Below are positions 37,335 through 51,400 of a stretch of 64,000 bases of DNA, piece by piece. Position 1 is the stretch's first letter, and each line of letters opens with the position of its first letter. Source of the DNA: Eledone cirrhosa (taxonomy: Eukaryota); assembly GCA_964016885.1 (NCBI GenBank), contig OZ024745.1, forward strand, positions 109,368,001-109,432,000, read 5' to 3'. Position numbers and translations under genes: made by a program. Under the pieces are notes generated by a model. It had not been told where the DNA came from and did not search any database. It was given only the letters and a program-made list of their open reading frames with translations.

Positions 37335-37785
37335 ACACACTGTAAAGTGGTCGTGATGATGACACAGCAAAAAGCACCTAGCCCACATTGTAAAGTGGTT
37401 GTGATAGTGACACAGTAAAAAGTGCCCAACCCTCATTGTAAAGTGTTTGTGATGGTGACACAGCAAAAAGTGCCCAACCCACATTGTAAAGTGGTCCTGA
37501 TGGTGACACAGCAAAACGCACCCAGCCCACATTGTAAAGTGGTTGTGATAGTGTCACAGCAAAAAGTGCCCAACCCACATTGTAAAGTGGTCGTGATGGT
37601 GACACAGCAAAACGCACCCAGCCCACATTGTAAAGTGGTCGTGTAGATGTGATGGCAAAAAGCACCCAGTTCTCACTGTAAATGAGGTTGGCCTTAGGAA
37701 GGTCATCCAGCTGTAGAAACTTTGTGTAAGCCATGCTAGCATGGAAAAATAGACGTGATGATTATGATGATGATGGTGGTGATGA
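37335..37785 (+). repeat. 48-bp tandem array (about 7 units) of the SINE/RTE-tail internal unit, followed by the element 3' end
   Basis: ACATTGTAAAGTGGTCGTGATGGTGACACAGCAAAACGCACCCAGCCC repeats, then GGAAGGTCATCCAGCTGTAGAAA and (GAT)n. Confidence 0.85.
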
Positions 37786-37869
37786 TGTCAACATGAATGG
37801 ACCTGTTATTTTTATCTAAAGACATTTTTTCCAATTCCATCCCGCTCGTCCCCTCAATCTGTTTCATTT

Positions 37870-37915
37870 CTCATTCTTTCTTCTGATGAAGGACTAGCGT
37901 CCGAAACGTTAAACC
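37870..37915 (+). ncRNA. Minimal hammerhead core (family I)
   Basis: CTGATGA(37883-37889)-A-GGAC tagc GTCC-GAAA(37903-37906)-CGTT-A; palindrome AACGTT; stem I weak. Confidence 0.55.
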
Positions 37916-38114
37916 CTCTTTCTGCTATATCAAGCGTTAACCTAATATATCCCTTGCATATACTGTACCGATTGTGTTGTTATTCTGTTTATCTTTTACA
38001 TACATATCATCATCATCATCATCTTCATTTAACGTCCATCTTCCACGCTATATATATATATAGGCTCTGATACCATCAACACTATAAACACAGAGCTGGC
38101 ATATCTAAGAACTG

Positions 38115-38178
38115 ATTAACTGCCTGATGAGGTCATAGCCATTCAATGGCTATCATCGAAATATATATACCAGTAAAT
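38115..38178 (+). ncRNA. Hammerhead ribozyme motif (family H) within TA-flanked insert 38062-38220
   Basis: ATTAACTGC-CTGATGA(38124-38130)-GGT cATAGCCATT c AATGGCTATc ATC-GAAA(38158-38161)-TATATAT-A-CCAGTAAAT. Confidence 0.72.
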
Positions 38179-38238
38179 AAAGGATTATGAGTTCATGCAA
38201 TTGACTTATGTTTCGTCACTATATATATATATATATAT

Positions 38239-38440
38239 ATAGGAACGAGTAGGACCCCGACGGCTGAGCTCAAGCCGTTTCGACGGCTAATTCTGGACTC
38301 TGAGTCCAGAATTAGCCGTCGAAACGGCTTGAGCTCAGCTGTCGGGGTCCTACTCGTTCCTATTACCCACTCTACTACCCTAAGTATTGAGTACTTTGGT
38401 GCGTTATGGTCCACCTGGTTCCTTACCACATTTCCTTCAT
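38239..38440 (+). mobile_element. TA-flanked element family D (62-bp-arm palindrome plus tail)
   Basis: 38239-38300 vs 38302-38363, one mismatch; right arm has GAAA(38321-38324)-CGGCT tgagctc AGCTG-TC(38343), an HHR 3' half. Confidence 0.88.
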
Positions 38441-38473
<33 letters not shown>

Positions 38474-38929
38474 TCATGTACATAATAGTGTATAGTATGT
38501 ATACTTATGTATACATTTCTACACAGGATTGCATACAAACCCAAACCGAACTTCTCACATTTGTCCTTGTTGAAAAAGTATTTTATTGTTTTAACTAATA
38601 TTAGTGCTGTTATGATGATGGTGGAATTTCATTGTTATTGTTGATGCAGCTGTTATTGTTCTTGATGAAGTTGCTGTTGTAGTTGTATTAGTTGTTGTTT
38701 TTATTATCTGTCTGTTTATTGATATGTCTATGTATATTATGTCTGAAAAGAAAGATAAAATAAAAAGAAACCAAAGAGAAACCCATGTCTAACTTCTTTA
38801 CCCACTTTTCCTCATTCTTCAAACTCTTTCGCTCTTTTCTCTTCCTTCTTCTTTCTCCTCTTCTGGCATCACAATCTGCACCATATTTGTTTATTTATTG
38901 TCATTGTCACCATCGTTCTTGCCCTCCTC

Positions 38930-39488
38930 CTCATCATCATCATTCTATCATCATCATCACGACCACCATCATCACCACTGCTGCCATCATCATTACCATC
39001 ATCATCATCATCATCATTAGCGTCATCATCATCACCATAACCTTCATCATCATCGCCGTCATTAAACTGTCGTCATCATCATCATCATCACCGTCAGCAT
39101 CAACACTACCACCACCACCACCAACACTATCGTCATCATCAACATCATCACAACCACCACCACCATCACCACCACCACCATCATCATCATCACCACCACC
39201 ACCACCACCACCATCATCATCACCACTATCATCATCATCATCATCATCAACATCATCATCATTATCACCACCACCACCACCATCACCACTATCACCACCA
39301 CCACCACTACCACCACCACCACCACCACTATCACCACTACCACCACCACCACCACTATCACCACCACCACCACCACCACCACTATCACAATCACCATCAC
39401 CACCACCACCACCACCGCTATCACCATCACCACCACCACCACCATCACCATCACCACCACCACCACCACCAAGACAGTCATCATCATC
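38930..39488. repeat. (CAT)n/(CAC)n compound trinucleotide repeat
   Basis: Direct reading. Confidence 0.95.
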
Positions 39489-39807
39489 TTGCTAACAGTC
39501 CTCTACTCATTACTACTTTTCCTCTTTGTCAGTCTTGTTTTCAAAATGTTACATCACCGTTATCACTATGACCAGCCCCTCTATCATCAACATTGTCACC
39601 CCCAACCCCCAACCCCCATCTTCATCATCATCATCAGCAATAGCAGTATGATTATGATTAACTTCATCATTATTATTACCATAATTGTCATAATTGTCAT
39701 CACCATCATTAACTTCATCATCAATGTCATAATTATCATTAAATCACCTTCCTTGATGAAGCAACGAATAAACCTCTGAATTTTTTTATATAGCTGCCAA
39801 GTTATCT

Positions 39808-40895
39808 CAAACAAACAAGCATACATATACACACAAACAAACAAACAGAGAAACACAACATATACACACAAACAAACAAACAGAGAAACACAATATATAC
39901 ACACAAACAAACAAATAGAGAAACACAACATATACACACAAACAAACAAACAGAGAAACACAACATATACACACAAACAAACAAATAGAGAAACACAACA
40001 TATACACACAAACAAACAAACAGAGAAACACAACATATATATACACACAAACAAACAGACAGAGAAACACAACATATACACACAAACAAACACAGAAACA
40101 CAACATATACACACAAACAAACAAACAGAGAAACACAAGATATACACACAAACAAACAAACAAACAGAGAAACACAAGATATACACACAAACAAACAAAC
40201 AGAGAAACACAACATATACACACAAACAAACAAACAGAGAAACACAACATATACACACAAACAAACAAACAGAGAAACACAACATATACACACAAACAAA
40301 CAAACAGAGAAACACAACATATACACACAAACAAACAAACAGAGTAACATAACATATACACACAAACAAACAAACAGAGAAACACAACATATACACACAA
40401 ACAAACAAACAGAGTAACACAACATCTACACACAAACAAACAAACAGAGAAACACAACATCTACACACAAACAAACAAACAGAGAAAACAACATATACAC
40501 ACAAACAAACAAACAGAGTAACACAGCATATACACACAAACAAACAAACAGAGTAACACAACATATACAAACAAACAAGCAGAGAAACACAACATATACA
40601 CACAAACAAACAAACAGAGAAACAAACATACATATGTACACAAACAAACAAACAGAGAAACACAACATATACACACAAACAAACAAACAGAGAAACACAA
40701 CATATATATACACACAAACAAACAAACAGAGAAACAGAACATATATATACACACAAACAAACAAACAGAGAAACACAACATATATATACACACAAACAAA
40801 CAGAGAAACACAACATATACACACAAACAAACAAACAGAGAAACACAATATATACACACAAACAAACAAACAGAGAAACACAACATATACACACA
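39808..40895. repeat. 35-bp minisatellite, about 30 units
   Basis: CAGAGAAACACAACATATACACACAAACAAACAAA tandem. Confidence 0.95.
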
Positions 40896-41438
40896 CATAT
40901 AATCCAAAGCACACATAAGCATTCTCTCACATACACATCCACACAAACCAATATGCATACAGGCATAAGCATTCTCTTACATATGCGTGCACACAAACTT
41001 TTGTTCGCTCTCTCTCACATACACACACACACACACATACACACACACTTACAAATACTCATATATATATATATATATATATATAGATAAACACATATAC
41101 ATATACAGCCGCCCGAAAGACTGACAAACAGACTTCTACGTCTCGCTAACATGAAGGCAAAACAAGAAGCAAGTATGTTCAGTGAGAAAGCCAATACATT
41201 AAAAGATAAGATGTAGTTGTCAGCTTGCATTTGTTTTACAGCATTCAGCTAAATTCTCTGAAGTTGAGCCAGGTTTGTTGTACTTAAATGTGTGATTAAT
41301 TTGCAGTGCAATCATTTCAACAATGAAATACATGAAAAACAAAAGTCAAATACCCATCCTTTATTTTACAACTTATTTTTTTAACCAACTGATTTAGGGA
41401 ACACTCATATCATTTCTCTTCACAATAATCACTAGGTT

Positions 41439-42566
41439 AGGAGAAAGGGTAATGCCCTTGCTCCCTTTTCAAGGCCTCTCTAGAAGGACAGGAGAAAGGG
41501 TAATGCCCTTGCTCCCTTTTCAAGGCCTCTCTAGAAGGACAGGAGAAAGGGTAATGCCCTTGCTCCCTTTTCAAGGCCTCGAGAAGGACAGGAGAAAGGG
41601 TAATGCCCTAGCTCCCTTTTCAAGGCCTCTAGAAGGACAGGAGAAAGGGTAATGCCCTTGCTCCCTTTTCAAGGCCTCTAGAAGGACAGGAGAAAGGGTA
41701 ATGCCCTTGCTCCCTTTTCAAGGCCTCTAGAAGGACGGGAGAAAGGGTAATGCCCTTGCTCTCTTTTCAAGGCCTCTAGAAGGACGGGAGAAAGGGTAAT
41801 GCCCTAGCTCCCTTTTCAAGGCCTCTAGAAGGACAGGAGAAAGGGTAATGCCCTTGCTCCCTTTTCAAGGCCTCGAGAAGGACAGGAGAAAGGGTAATGC
41901 CCTTGCTCCCTTTTCAAGGCCTCTCTAGAAGGACAGGAGAAAGGGTAATGCCCTTGCTCCCTTTTCAAGGCCTCTCTAGAAGGACAGGAGAAAGGGTAAT
42001 GCCCTTGCTCCCTTTTCAAGGCCTCTCTAGAAGGACAGGAGAAAGGGTAATGCCCTAGCTCCCTTTTCAAGGCCTCTAGAAGGACGGGAGAAAGGGTAAT
42101 GCCCTTGCTCCCTTTTCAAGGCCTCTAGAAGGACGGGAGAAAGGGTAATGCCCTTGCTCCCTTTTCAAGGCCTCTAGAAGGACAGGAGAAAGGGTAATGC
42201 CCTAGCTCCCTTTTCAAGGCCTCTAGAACGACGGGAGAAAGGGTAATGCCCTTGCTCCCTTTTCAAGGCCTCTAGAAGGACAGGAGAAAGGGTAATGCCC
42301 TTGCTCCCTTTTCAAGGCCTCTCTAGAAGGACAGGAGAAAGGGTAATGCCCTTGCTCCCTTTTCAAGGCCTCTAGGACAGGAGAAAGGGTAATGCCCTTG
42401 CTCCCTTTTCAAGGCCTCTAGAAGGACAGCAGAAAGGGTAATGCCCTTGCTCCCTTTTCAAGGCCTCAAGAAGGAGAGGAGAAAGGGTAATGCCCTTGCT
42501 CCCTTTTCAAGGCCTCTAGAAGGACGGGAGAAAGGGTAATGCCCTAGCTCCCTTTTCAAGGCCTCT
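41439..42566. repeat. 49/51-bp homogeneous minisatellite, about 23 units
   Basis: AGGAGAAAGGGTAATGCCCTTGCTCCCTTTTCAAGGCCTC(TC)TAGAAGGAC tandem, no spacers. Confidence 0.95.
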
Positions 42567-42913
42567 TGAATGCTGGACTAATAGAAGGAAGGGAAAAAGG
42601 GAGGAGTGTATCATCAAACTAAAGATCTGACCTGTTTACTTGCAACAGAGTGGACTTCACTCAAGGCATTCATTTACACTGTATTAGTGTTAAGCTAGGT
42701 GACAGATTAAACTTACCGTATATGTAGACCTTAGTGGGATTTGAACTTAGGATACAAAGAGCAGATTTAAATATTGCTATTGATTTCATGAGTTCACTTC
42801 TCTAGGTTGGTGCCTCTTGAACACGAATGACTAAGTTGACATTAGCAGGATTTCAGTTCAAAATGCAAGGAGTTCAATTAATACTGCAAAGCATTTCATT
42901 CAATACAACAATA

Positions 42914-43408
42914 GAGTGGTCCCCAAACTTTTTTTCTCTGGGCCACATTTTTGGAATGAAAATTTGCTCATGCCTCACCAAATTTTATGTGATAAGAAGT
43001 ATATTTAAAAATAAAAAAAACTGATTAATACTGTGTTAAATATAATATATAACATAAATAACTTATTATATGATTAAAGTACACAAATTTAATGAACTGT
43101 ACAAGCTTGTTTTTGATGAGTAATCTCCTTTATATTAGGCCTAAGATGAGATAAACAAACCCTCATCTCCTTGTCAACACAAAGAAGCCTTTCCCTTTTT
43201 GGGTTTTTGATATTTGTCAGAACTGAAAATTCTTGCATGCCATTACAAGTAATCCATAATAATATTTGAAATTTTGAAATATTTATTTTTGGCATATGAA
43301 TTTTTTGAAACTGTTTCTAATCTTTGATTGTCTTTCACTCATTCCACCTCACCTGCTATCCTTTTCTGCTGCATCTATGAGGTGCGATGCACCATTTGGG
43401 AACCACTG
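42914..43408 (-). mobile_element. Charlie-type hAT deletion derivative
   Basis: TIR (C/G)AGTGGT(T/C)CCCAAA at both ends; ORF 43089..43295(-) FSVLTNIKNPKRERLLCVDKEMRVCLSHLRPNIKEITHQKQACTVH matches a Charlie/Buster C-terminus; no clean TSD. Confidence 0.75.
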
Positions 43409-44292
43409 CACTAACATTTCTGCCAATTTTCCACCATACTGTTGTTTAGCTCCAGATGAACTCTGACTGTGCAGACCCATGGTCAAAGGCATTCAAGCTG
43501 TTACCATCATCAAGAGATGAGGGTTTACACTGGTTGTCACTGCCCCACCTGCTTCTTAATGGTGCACTCTCCGATTGAGAAAAATATGCACTGATATCCT
43601 TATTCCAAAACCTTGTGGGACTCCTTCCTCAGACAGGCTGCTGCCATTCTGATCTTACAGAGGAGTTCGGCAGTATGGGGTCTAAGTATGTCTGAAGTAT
43701 CGACGGCGACCAGTGCAAAGAGGAAGCAGCTGGACAATCCCTGGAATGCATATTTTAAAATACCATTTCTTTTTTGTTTCAATGTGTTTGATGTAACTTT
43801 GAAGATATTTTAATTAAATTTTCTTCGTTATTTTGTTACTAAATCACAAAGTCAAACTTGTAATAGAGTTATTTCTACTGTATTACCCATTTAAATGGAA
43901 ATATTCAAAGATAAAATAATCATGCATAGATAATATAATTATACATAGATACGATAATTATGCACAAATAAAATGAATGATGCACTGTGTGGCTTGTAAT
44001 TATTGCACACACAGACTTCTAATGCAATGTGATACCTAATCATTTAAAAGTTATTGTCCTTCAATAAAAAAAAAAGAAATGCTAGGATGTGATCAGAGAA
44101 AGATTTGGGTTTCATTTCTAGGAAGCTAAATGACCATGTCGAGGCCTCCTCATTCGCTGTTAATGTTCCCTTGAACTAGGTATATGGCCCAATTCTGAAG
44201 GAGTTAGTTTAACCATTTAGCATTTACGTTACTCTATATTTACTATTATATTTTTACAGTAAGGGCTTTACCTAACACAATTATCTTACTAT

Positions 44293-44718
44293 GAGATTTT
44301 GATTCTCAGACTAGAGGCCTGGTATATAAAGTAAATTGAGGTTTTTGGTTCTCAGACTAGAGGCCTGGTATATAAAGTATAGTGAGGTTTATGGTTTTCA
44401 GAACAGAGACCTGGTATATAAAGTATAGTGAGGTTTTTGGTTCTCAGACTAGAGGCCTGGTATATAAAGTATAGTGAGGTTTATGGTTTTCAGAACAGAG
44501 ACCTGGTATATAAAGTATAGTGTGGTTTTTAGTTTTCAGAACAGAGGTCTGGTATATAAAGTATAGTGTGGTTTTTAGTTCTCAGATTAGAGGCCTGGTA
44601 TATAAAGTATAATGAGGTTTTTGGTTCTCAGACTAGAGGCCTGGTATATAAAGTATAGTGAGGTTTTTGGTTCTCAGACTAGAGGCCTGGTATATAAAGT
44701 ATAGTGAGGTTTTTGGTT
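44293..44718. repeat. 46-bp minisatellite, about 9 units
   Basis: TGAGGTTTTTGGTTCTCAGACTAGAGGCCTGGTATATAAAGTATAG tandem. Confidence 0.92.
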
Positions 44719-44778
44719 CAGCACACAAGTTTCTCCCAACTAAATTCTTCCACACCTTTGTAAATGCATAAACAATAA

Positions 44779-44975
44779 CCCTTTTGTTAACATACTAATG
44801 AAATACAATATAACTATCTTGTTATCAATCTTGGATTTGGAACATAACTTAACAAAGGTTCTTACATAAAAATATGATGGAAAGTTTTTAGATAAATAAA
44901 AAAAAACACTTTAAAATAGGCAGCTTTGTACTACAGAACCAGAGGCAGTTTCTGCTGGGTTTGGTATGAAAGAGG
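44779..44975. mobile_element. Degenerate TTAA-type MITE
   Basis: ATAA|CCCTTTTG ... GAAAGAGG|TTAA; interior similar to 47136-47386. Confidence 0.55.
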
Positions 44976-46269
44976 TTAAGAACATGAAGATAGATAGAAA
45001 TGAAATTTCTCTAAAATGCTGTAAGACAATAAATTTCTAGGAGGAAATGAAGAGAAGAAAACATTTCAGACAGACACATGTTTCATACTTTTAAAACCAA
45101 AGTCTATAAAATATCTCTCTTTACATTTACAGGAGGGAGAATAACTGCAAGGCAAGCTGGAGATGCTTGTATACCTAGAGAAGACAAATAGGGTTCATAT
45201 AACATGGTTTATTTTCTTTCACATAACATTAAACAATACTACAAAGATATCGTGGGTAGCAACAATAGTAACAACATGAACAACAATTCCAAATAACAGG
45301 TTTTTAATTTTTTCGTTCATGTTGCTAGTTTTTACTGTTTTCTCTAAGCTTGCTGAGATTATATCCTAGTATCTTAGAATACACGGAAGTAGTTTTCTCT
45401 TGTTTTCTCTGAGCAGACAGGATGACTAAGAAAAAAAATGTTTTTTTTTTCAGAATGGATTAGTTTTGTAACATCCATGCCTTTCCAAGCTGGCAAATGA
45501 ACAAAATGCCTTGCAGTATTTGTTCTGGCTCTCTGCACTCTAAATTCAAATCCTACTGAAGTCAACATTCTTTTCGTCCTTTTTAGTTTGATAAGATGAA
45601 ACACCAGTTAAGCACTGGGGTTGATTTAACGTTTTCAATACTGCGTTTCTAATGAAATTCACTGTCTGTGTATCTCAATTTTGAAAATAATCAAATATTT
45701 GGAGAAATTTAATAAAATAACTCATTCTTTCATTGTATGTATGTGTGGTTCCGTAACTCCTGATAGAGTCGTAGGGGCGCCATATTGACATATGGCATTT
45801 CTTCGACATTTTAAGCCTGGTAGAGCCCATCTCTCTCCTCTCCTGAGTACAGTAGATTTCTTCCAGAGAGAGATAGAAAATGAGAGAGAGGAAATGAGAA
45901 AGAGATATAGAGGAAGAATTGACCCCAGTATTAGACTGGTCTGGTACTTTTTTTTATCGACCTGAAAAGGATGAAAGGCAAAGTTGACCCTAGTGGGATT
46001 TGAACTTTGAGAGCAGAGAGAAAAAACAAATACCATAAAGGATTCTATCTGATGTTCTAACGACTCTGCCAATTTGCTGCCTCACTCTTTCATTAGTAAT
46101 TTGATACTTAGAACATTACTTAACAAACATTTCTTAAATAAAATCTCGAGGGAAGTATTTAATATAAGTATAAACATTTGAAAATGTTTTTTTTTTCATA
46201 AATTCAAGGCAGTTTCAGTTGGTTTGGCATTTGGCATTAAAATGGTTAATCAACTGATATTCATGTCTC

Positions 46270-46664
46270 CTAGGTTTCCTCCAGCATGAGACTATGGCTG
46301 AGAATCCCAAACAAATATTCTTAGTGCTGCTTGTATATTAATTGTGGATGAGAGTAGAAATCCCAATAACTGGAGTTATTCTTGTAAAGAACATCAGTCT
46401 CATATATTGTTAACTTTGAAAGACATTGTGTCTGACGTAAGTCAATGGAAGAAGAAAGGTAATCCAAAATAATATTCCTTAGTAGAATTATTTATGAAGG
46501 TCAAGATATTGGAATAAAGGATTTCAAAGATTCTTGGCACATAACACCATATCAGCAGTACATTCCAGCATTTATCACAAAGGTTTCCAACATAATTCTT
46601 GTACTTAGATATTTAGATTCTTCACTTAGATCTAGCTGCTCCAAATTAAACAAAAATGATATAC
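46270..46664 (-). pseudogene. Possible LRR exon relic
   Basis: Acceptor ttttatttctgcAG followed by (G)ISFLFNLEQLDLSEE; later NL*NPLFQYLDLH in another frame; stops present. Confidence 0.3.
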
Positions 46665-47135
46665 CTGCAGAAATAAAATGAGGTTTTAATCCTTATTTTA
46701 AAAAAAGAAAGAAAACAATAGATATAAATTATATCTGAAAAAGGATGGGGTGATAATATATGTAACACAATTGATCATATGTCTTCTAGATCAGGATTGA
46801 CCTGGAACTGGATCTAAACAAAAACGATACTACAGGCAAGCTAACAAAGGAGATTCTAGGTAGTGACACAATCTATTAAAAATAGCAGTCAAATCTCCCT
46901 CAAAATTACATCCTACTGGTGGTGATGATAAAAACACATTGTAAATGATAAAAACACATTGTTATGGTACTTAATTATAATCAGATAGACTGGGTCTTAG
47001 TTAATTGTGTGTATCAAGACCTCTGAGACTTGAGGGAGGGAGGAAGGTATACCTCAACTTAAGACCTAGTTACTCCATGTTTGTAACAGTGTCGACTCTG
47101 CTAAGAGTACACACAAGGTCAGGTGGTGGTGTTAA

Positions 47136-47386
47136 CCCTTCAGCAACTATATTTCAAATGAACAACACTGTCTATGATTTTCAAATAATTAAAAAAATAT
47201 TTAAGAATTTGGGGGATTTAATATAACTAGCTTTCTCATTACTAAGCTGGTGTTCAGAACATAACTTAACAAAGGTTCTTATGCAATATTACGATGGGGG
47301 CTTTTATATAAATACAAATACTAAAAAACAAACAGCATTTTATCATAAAACTAGGGCCAGTTTCAGGCAATTTGATATCAATAGGG
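47136..47386. mobile_element. TTAA-flanked (piggyBac-like) MITE
   Basis: TTAA|CCCT ... AGGG|TTAA. Confidence 0.65.
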
Positions 47387-47920
47387 TTAAACCAAATAGC
47401 ATTAAGTTTGCTCCCTAAAAAAAGTGGATATAAAATAATGATGGTGATGATGATGATGATGATGATGATAATACCAACAATAATAACAATGTTGAGGATG
47501 ACTGTTAGCAAATCAAAGTACTGTAAAACATAAATAAACTAACAGTGGGTAAATGATGTCAATAGTAATACCAAGGTTATAAGTTCAAGTTACAGTAGCT
47601 TCTGTAAACTGACAAACACAACCAAACGAATTGGGAACGGAAACAGAAAAAAAAAAAAGCAGAAAAAAGGAAAGGAAAAAGGGCAGGTAGATATGTAGGT
47701 AGGTAGTTAGGTAAGTGGGTAGATAGGAAGGTAGCTACAGTGATGTAATATCTACCAACACATAGGAGGAAATAGGAAATTGGAAGCCCCCAAAACAGGT
47801 CAAATTTGCAAAGCTTTCTAAACTAACATAATTGCTAAATATGCCATGAAAAATGTCTAATTTAGTCAAGTACTAATGAAACACACCTTGAAATATTACC
47901 AAAGTTATTTCCAGCTTTCT

Positions 47921-47974
<54 letters not shown>

Positions 47975-48058
47975 ATGATAATAATAAACCTTTGCTAGGC
48001 AGGGAGTACAGACAATGATGATAATGAGGATGATAACAATCACTACGACCAATAAAAA

Positions 48059-48091
<33 letters not shown>

Positions 48092-48438
48092 CATTATCAC
48101 TACCACTACTATTGTTACTATGATTACCACTAACATTGTACATATTACTAACACTGCTAATTGTGTATCCCTTGGCTTCTGGTATCAATGATTGAAGATC
48201 AGTTGGTGTGGTGTGGTGTGGTGTGGTGTGGTGTGGTGTGGTGTGGTGTGGTGATGATAAAAATGTTGTTGACCGATGATTGAAGGTGTTTCAATCATAA
48301 AGCTCCAGTAACGTAACTAAAGGGGGGGGGGGGATCCAGCCCCGGGCGACATTTTTATGGAGACAGCACTTTTGGGCCTGCTGTAGGCTATAAGCATTCT
48401 TTTAATGCTGTAGCATAATATCATAATTGAACACAGAC

Positions 48439-51400
48439 TAGTTGATATATAGTTGATATATAGTTGATATATAGTTGATATATATATAGTTGATATATAT
48501 ATAGTTGATATATATATAGTTGATATATATATAGTTGATATATATATAGTTGATATATATATAGTTGAAATATATATAGTTGATATATATATAGTTGATA
48601 TATATATAGTTGATATATATATAGTTGATATATATATAGTTGATATATATATAGTTGATATATATATAGTTGATATATATATAGTTGAAATATATATAGT
48701 TGATATATATATAGTTGATATATATATAGTTGATATATAGTTGATATATAGTTGATATATAGTTGATATATATATAGTTGATATATATATAGTTGATATA
48801 TATAGTTGATATATATAGTTGATATATATATAGTTGATATATATAGTTGATATATATATAATTGATATATATAGTTGATATATATATAGTTGATATATAT
48901 ATAGTTGATATATATATAGTTGATATATATATAGTTGATATATATATAGTTGATATATATATAGTTGATATATATATAGTTGATATATATAGTTGATATA
49001 TATATAGTTGATATATATATAGTTGATATATATAGTTGATATATATAGTTGATATATATAGTTGATATATATATAGTTGATATATATATAGTTGATATAT
49101 ATATAGTTGATATATATATAGTTGATATATATATAGTTGATATATATAGTTGATATATATATAGTTGATATATATAGTTGATATATATATAGTTGATATA
49201 TATAGTTGATATATATAGTTGATATATATAGTTGATATATATATAGTTGATATATATATAGTTGATATATATATAGTTGATATATATATAGTTGATATAT
49301 ATATAGTTGATATATATATAGTTGATATATATATAGTTGATATATATAGTTGATATATATAGTTGATATATATATATAGTTGATATATATAGTTGATATA
49401 TATATAGTTGATATATATAGTTGATATATATAGTTGATATATATAGTTGATATATATAGTTGATATATATAGTTGATATATATAGTTGATATATATATAG
49501 TTGATATATATAGTTGATATATATATAGTTGATATATATAGTTGATATATATAGTTGATATATATAGTTGATATATATAGTTGATATATATATAGTTGAT
49601 ATATATAGTTGATATATATATAGTTGATATATATATAGTTGATATATATATAGTTGATATATATATAGTTGATATATAGTTGATATATATATAGTTGATA
49701 TATATAGTTGATATATATATAGTTGATATATATATAGTTGATATATATATAATTGATATATATATAGTTGATATATATATAGTTGATATATATATAGTTG
49801 ATATATATATAGTTGATATATATATAGTTGATATATATAGTTGATATATATATAGTTGATATATATATAGTTGATATATATATAGTTGATATATATAATT
49901 GATATATATATATTTGATATATATATATTTGATATATATATAGTTGATATATATAGTTGATATATATATAGTTGATATATATATAGTTGATATATATAGT
50001 TGATATATATATAGTTGATATATATAGTTGATATATATATAGTTGATATATATATAGTTGATATATATAGTTGATATATATATAGTTGATATATATATAG
50101 TTGATATATATATAGTTGATATATATATAGTTGATATATATATAGTTGATATATATATAGTTGATATATATAGTTGATATATATATAGTTGATATATAGT
50201 TGATATATAGTTGATATATAGTTGATATATATATAGTTGATATATATATAGTTGATATATATAGTTGATATATATATAGTTGATATATATAGTTGATATA
50301 TATATAGTTGATATATATATAGTTGATATATATATAGTTGATATATATATAGTTGATATATATATAGTTGATATATATATAGTTGATATATATAGTTGAT
50401 ATATATATAGTTGATATATATATAGTTGATATATATAGTTGATATATATATAGTTGATATATATAGTTGATATATATAGTTGATATATATAGTTGATATA
50501 TATATAGTTGATATATATATAGTTGATATATATATAGTTGATATATATATAGTTGATATATATATAGTTGATATATATATAGTTGATATATATAGTTGAT
50601 ATATATATAGTTGATATATATAGTTGATATATATATAGTTGATATATATATAGTTGATATATATATAGTTGATATATATATAGTTGATATATATATAGTT
50701 GATATATATAGTTGATATATATATAGTTGATATATATAGTTGATATATATATAGTTGATATATATATAGTTGATATATATAGTTGATATATATAGTTGAT
50801 ATATATATAGTTGATATATATAGTTGATATATATAGTTGATATATATAGTTGATATATATAGTTGATATATATATAGTTGATATATATAGTTGATATATA
50901 TATAGTTGATATATATATAGTTGATATATATATAGTTGATATATATATAGTTGATATATAGTTGATATATAGTTGATATATATAGTTGATATATATATAG
51001 TTGATATATATATAGTTGATATATATATAATTGATATATATATAGTTGATATATATATAGTTGATATATATATAGTTGATATATATAGTTGATATATATA
51101 TAGTTGATATATATAGTTGATATATATATAGTTGATATATATATAGTTGATATATATATAGTTGATATATATATAGTTGATATATATATAGTTGATATAT
51201 ATATAGTTGATATATATAGTTGATATATATATAGTTGATATATATAGTTGATATATATATAGTTGATATATATAGTTGATATATATATAGTTGATATATA
51301 TAGTTGATATATATATATAGTTGATATATATAGTTGATATATATAGTTGATATATATAGTTGATATATATATAGTTGATATATATATATAGTTGATATAT

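Noticed and set aside
38785-40996. Pro/Ser-rich and Cys/Val-rich ORFs
   Set aside because: Derived from (CAC/CAT)n and the 35-bp minisatellite.
41439-42566. CRISPR-like array (hairpin-containing repeats)
   Set aside because: No unique spacers, no cas genes, eukaryotic context.
48306-48390. hAT-like terminal sequence CAGTAACGTAACTA
   Set aside because: No matching second TIR or TSD seen in the window.
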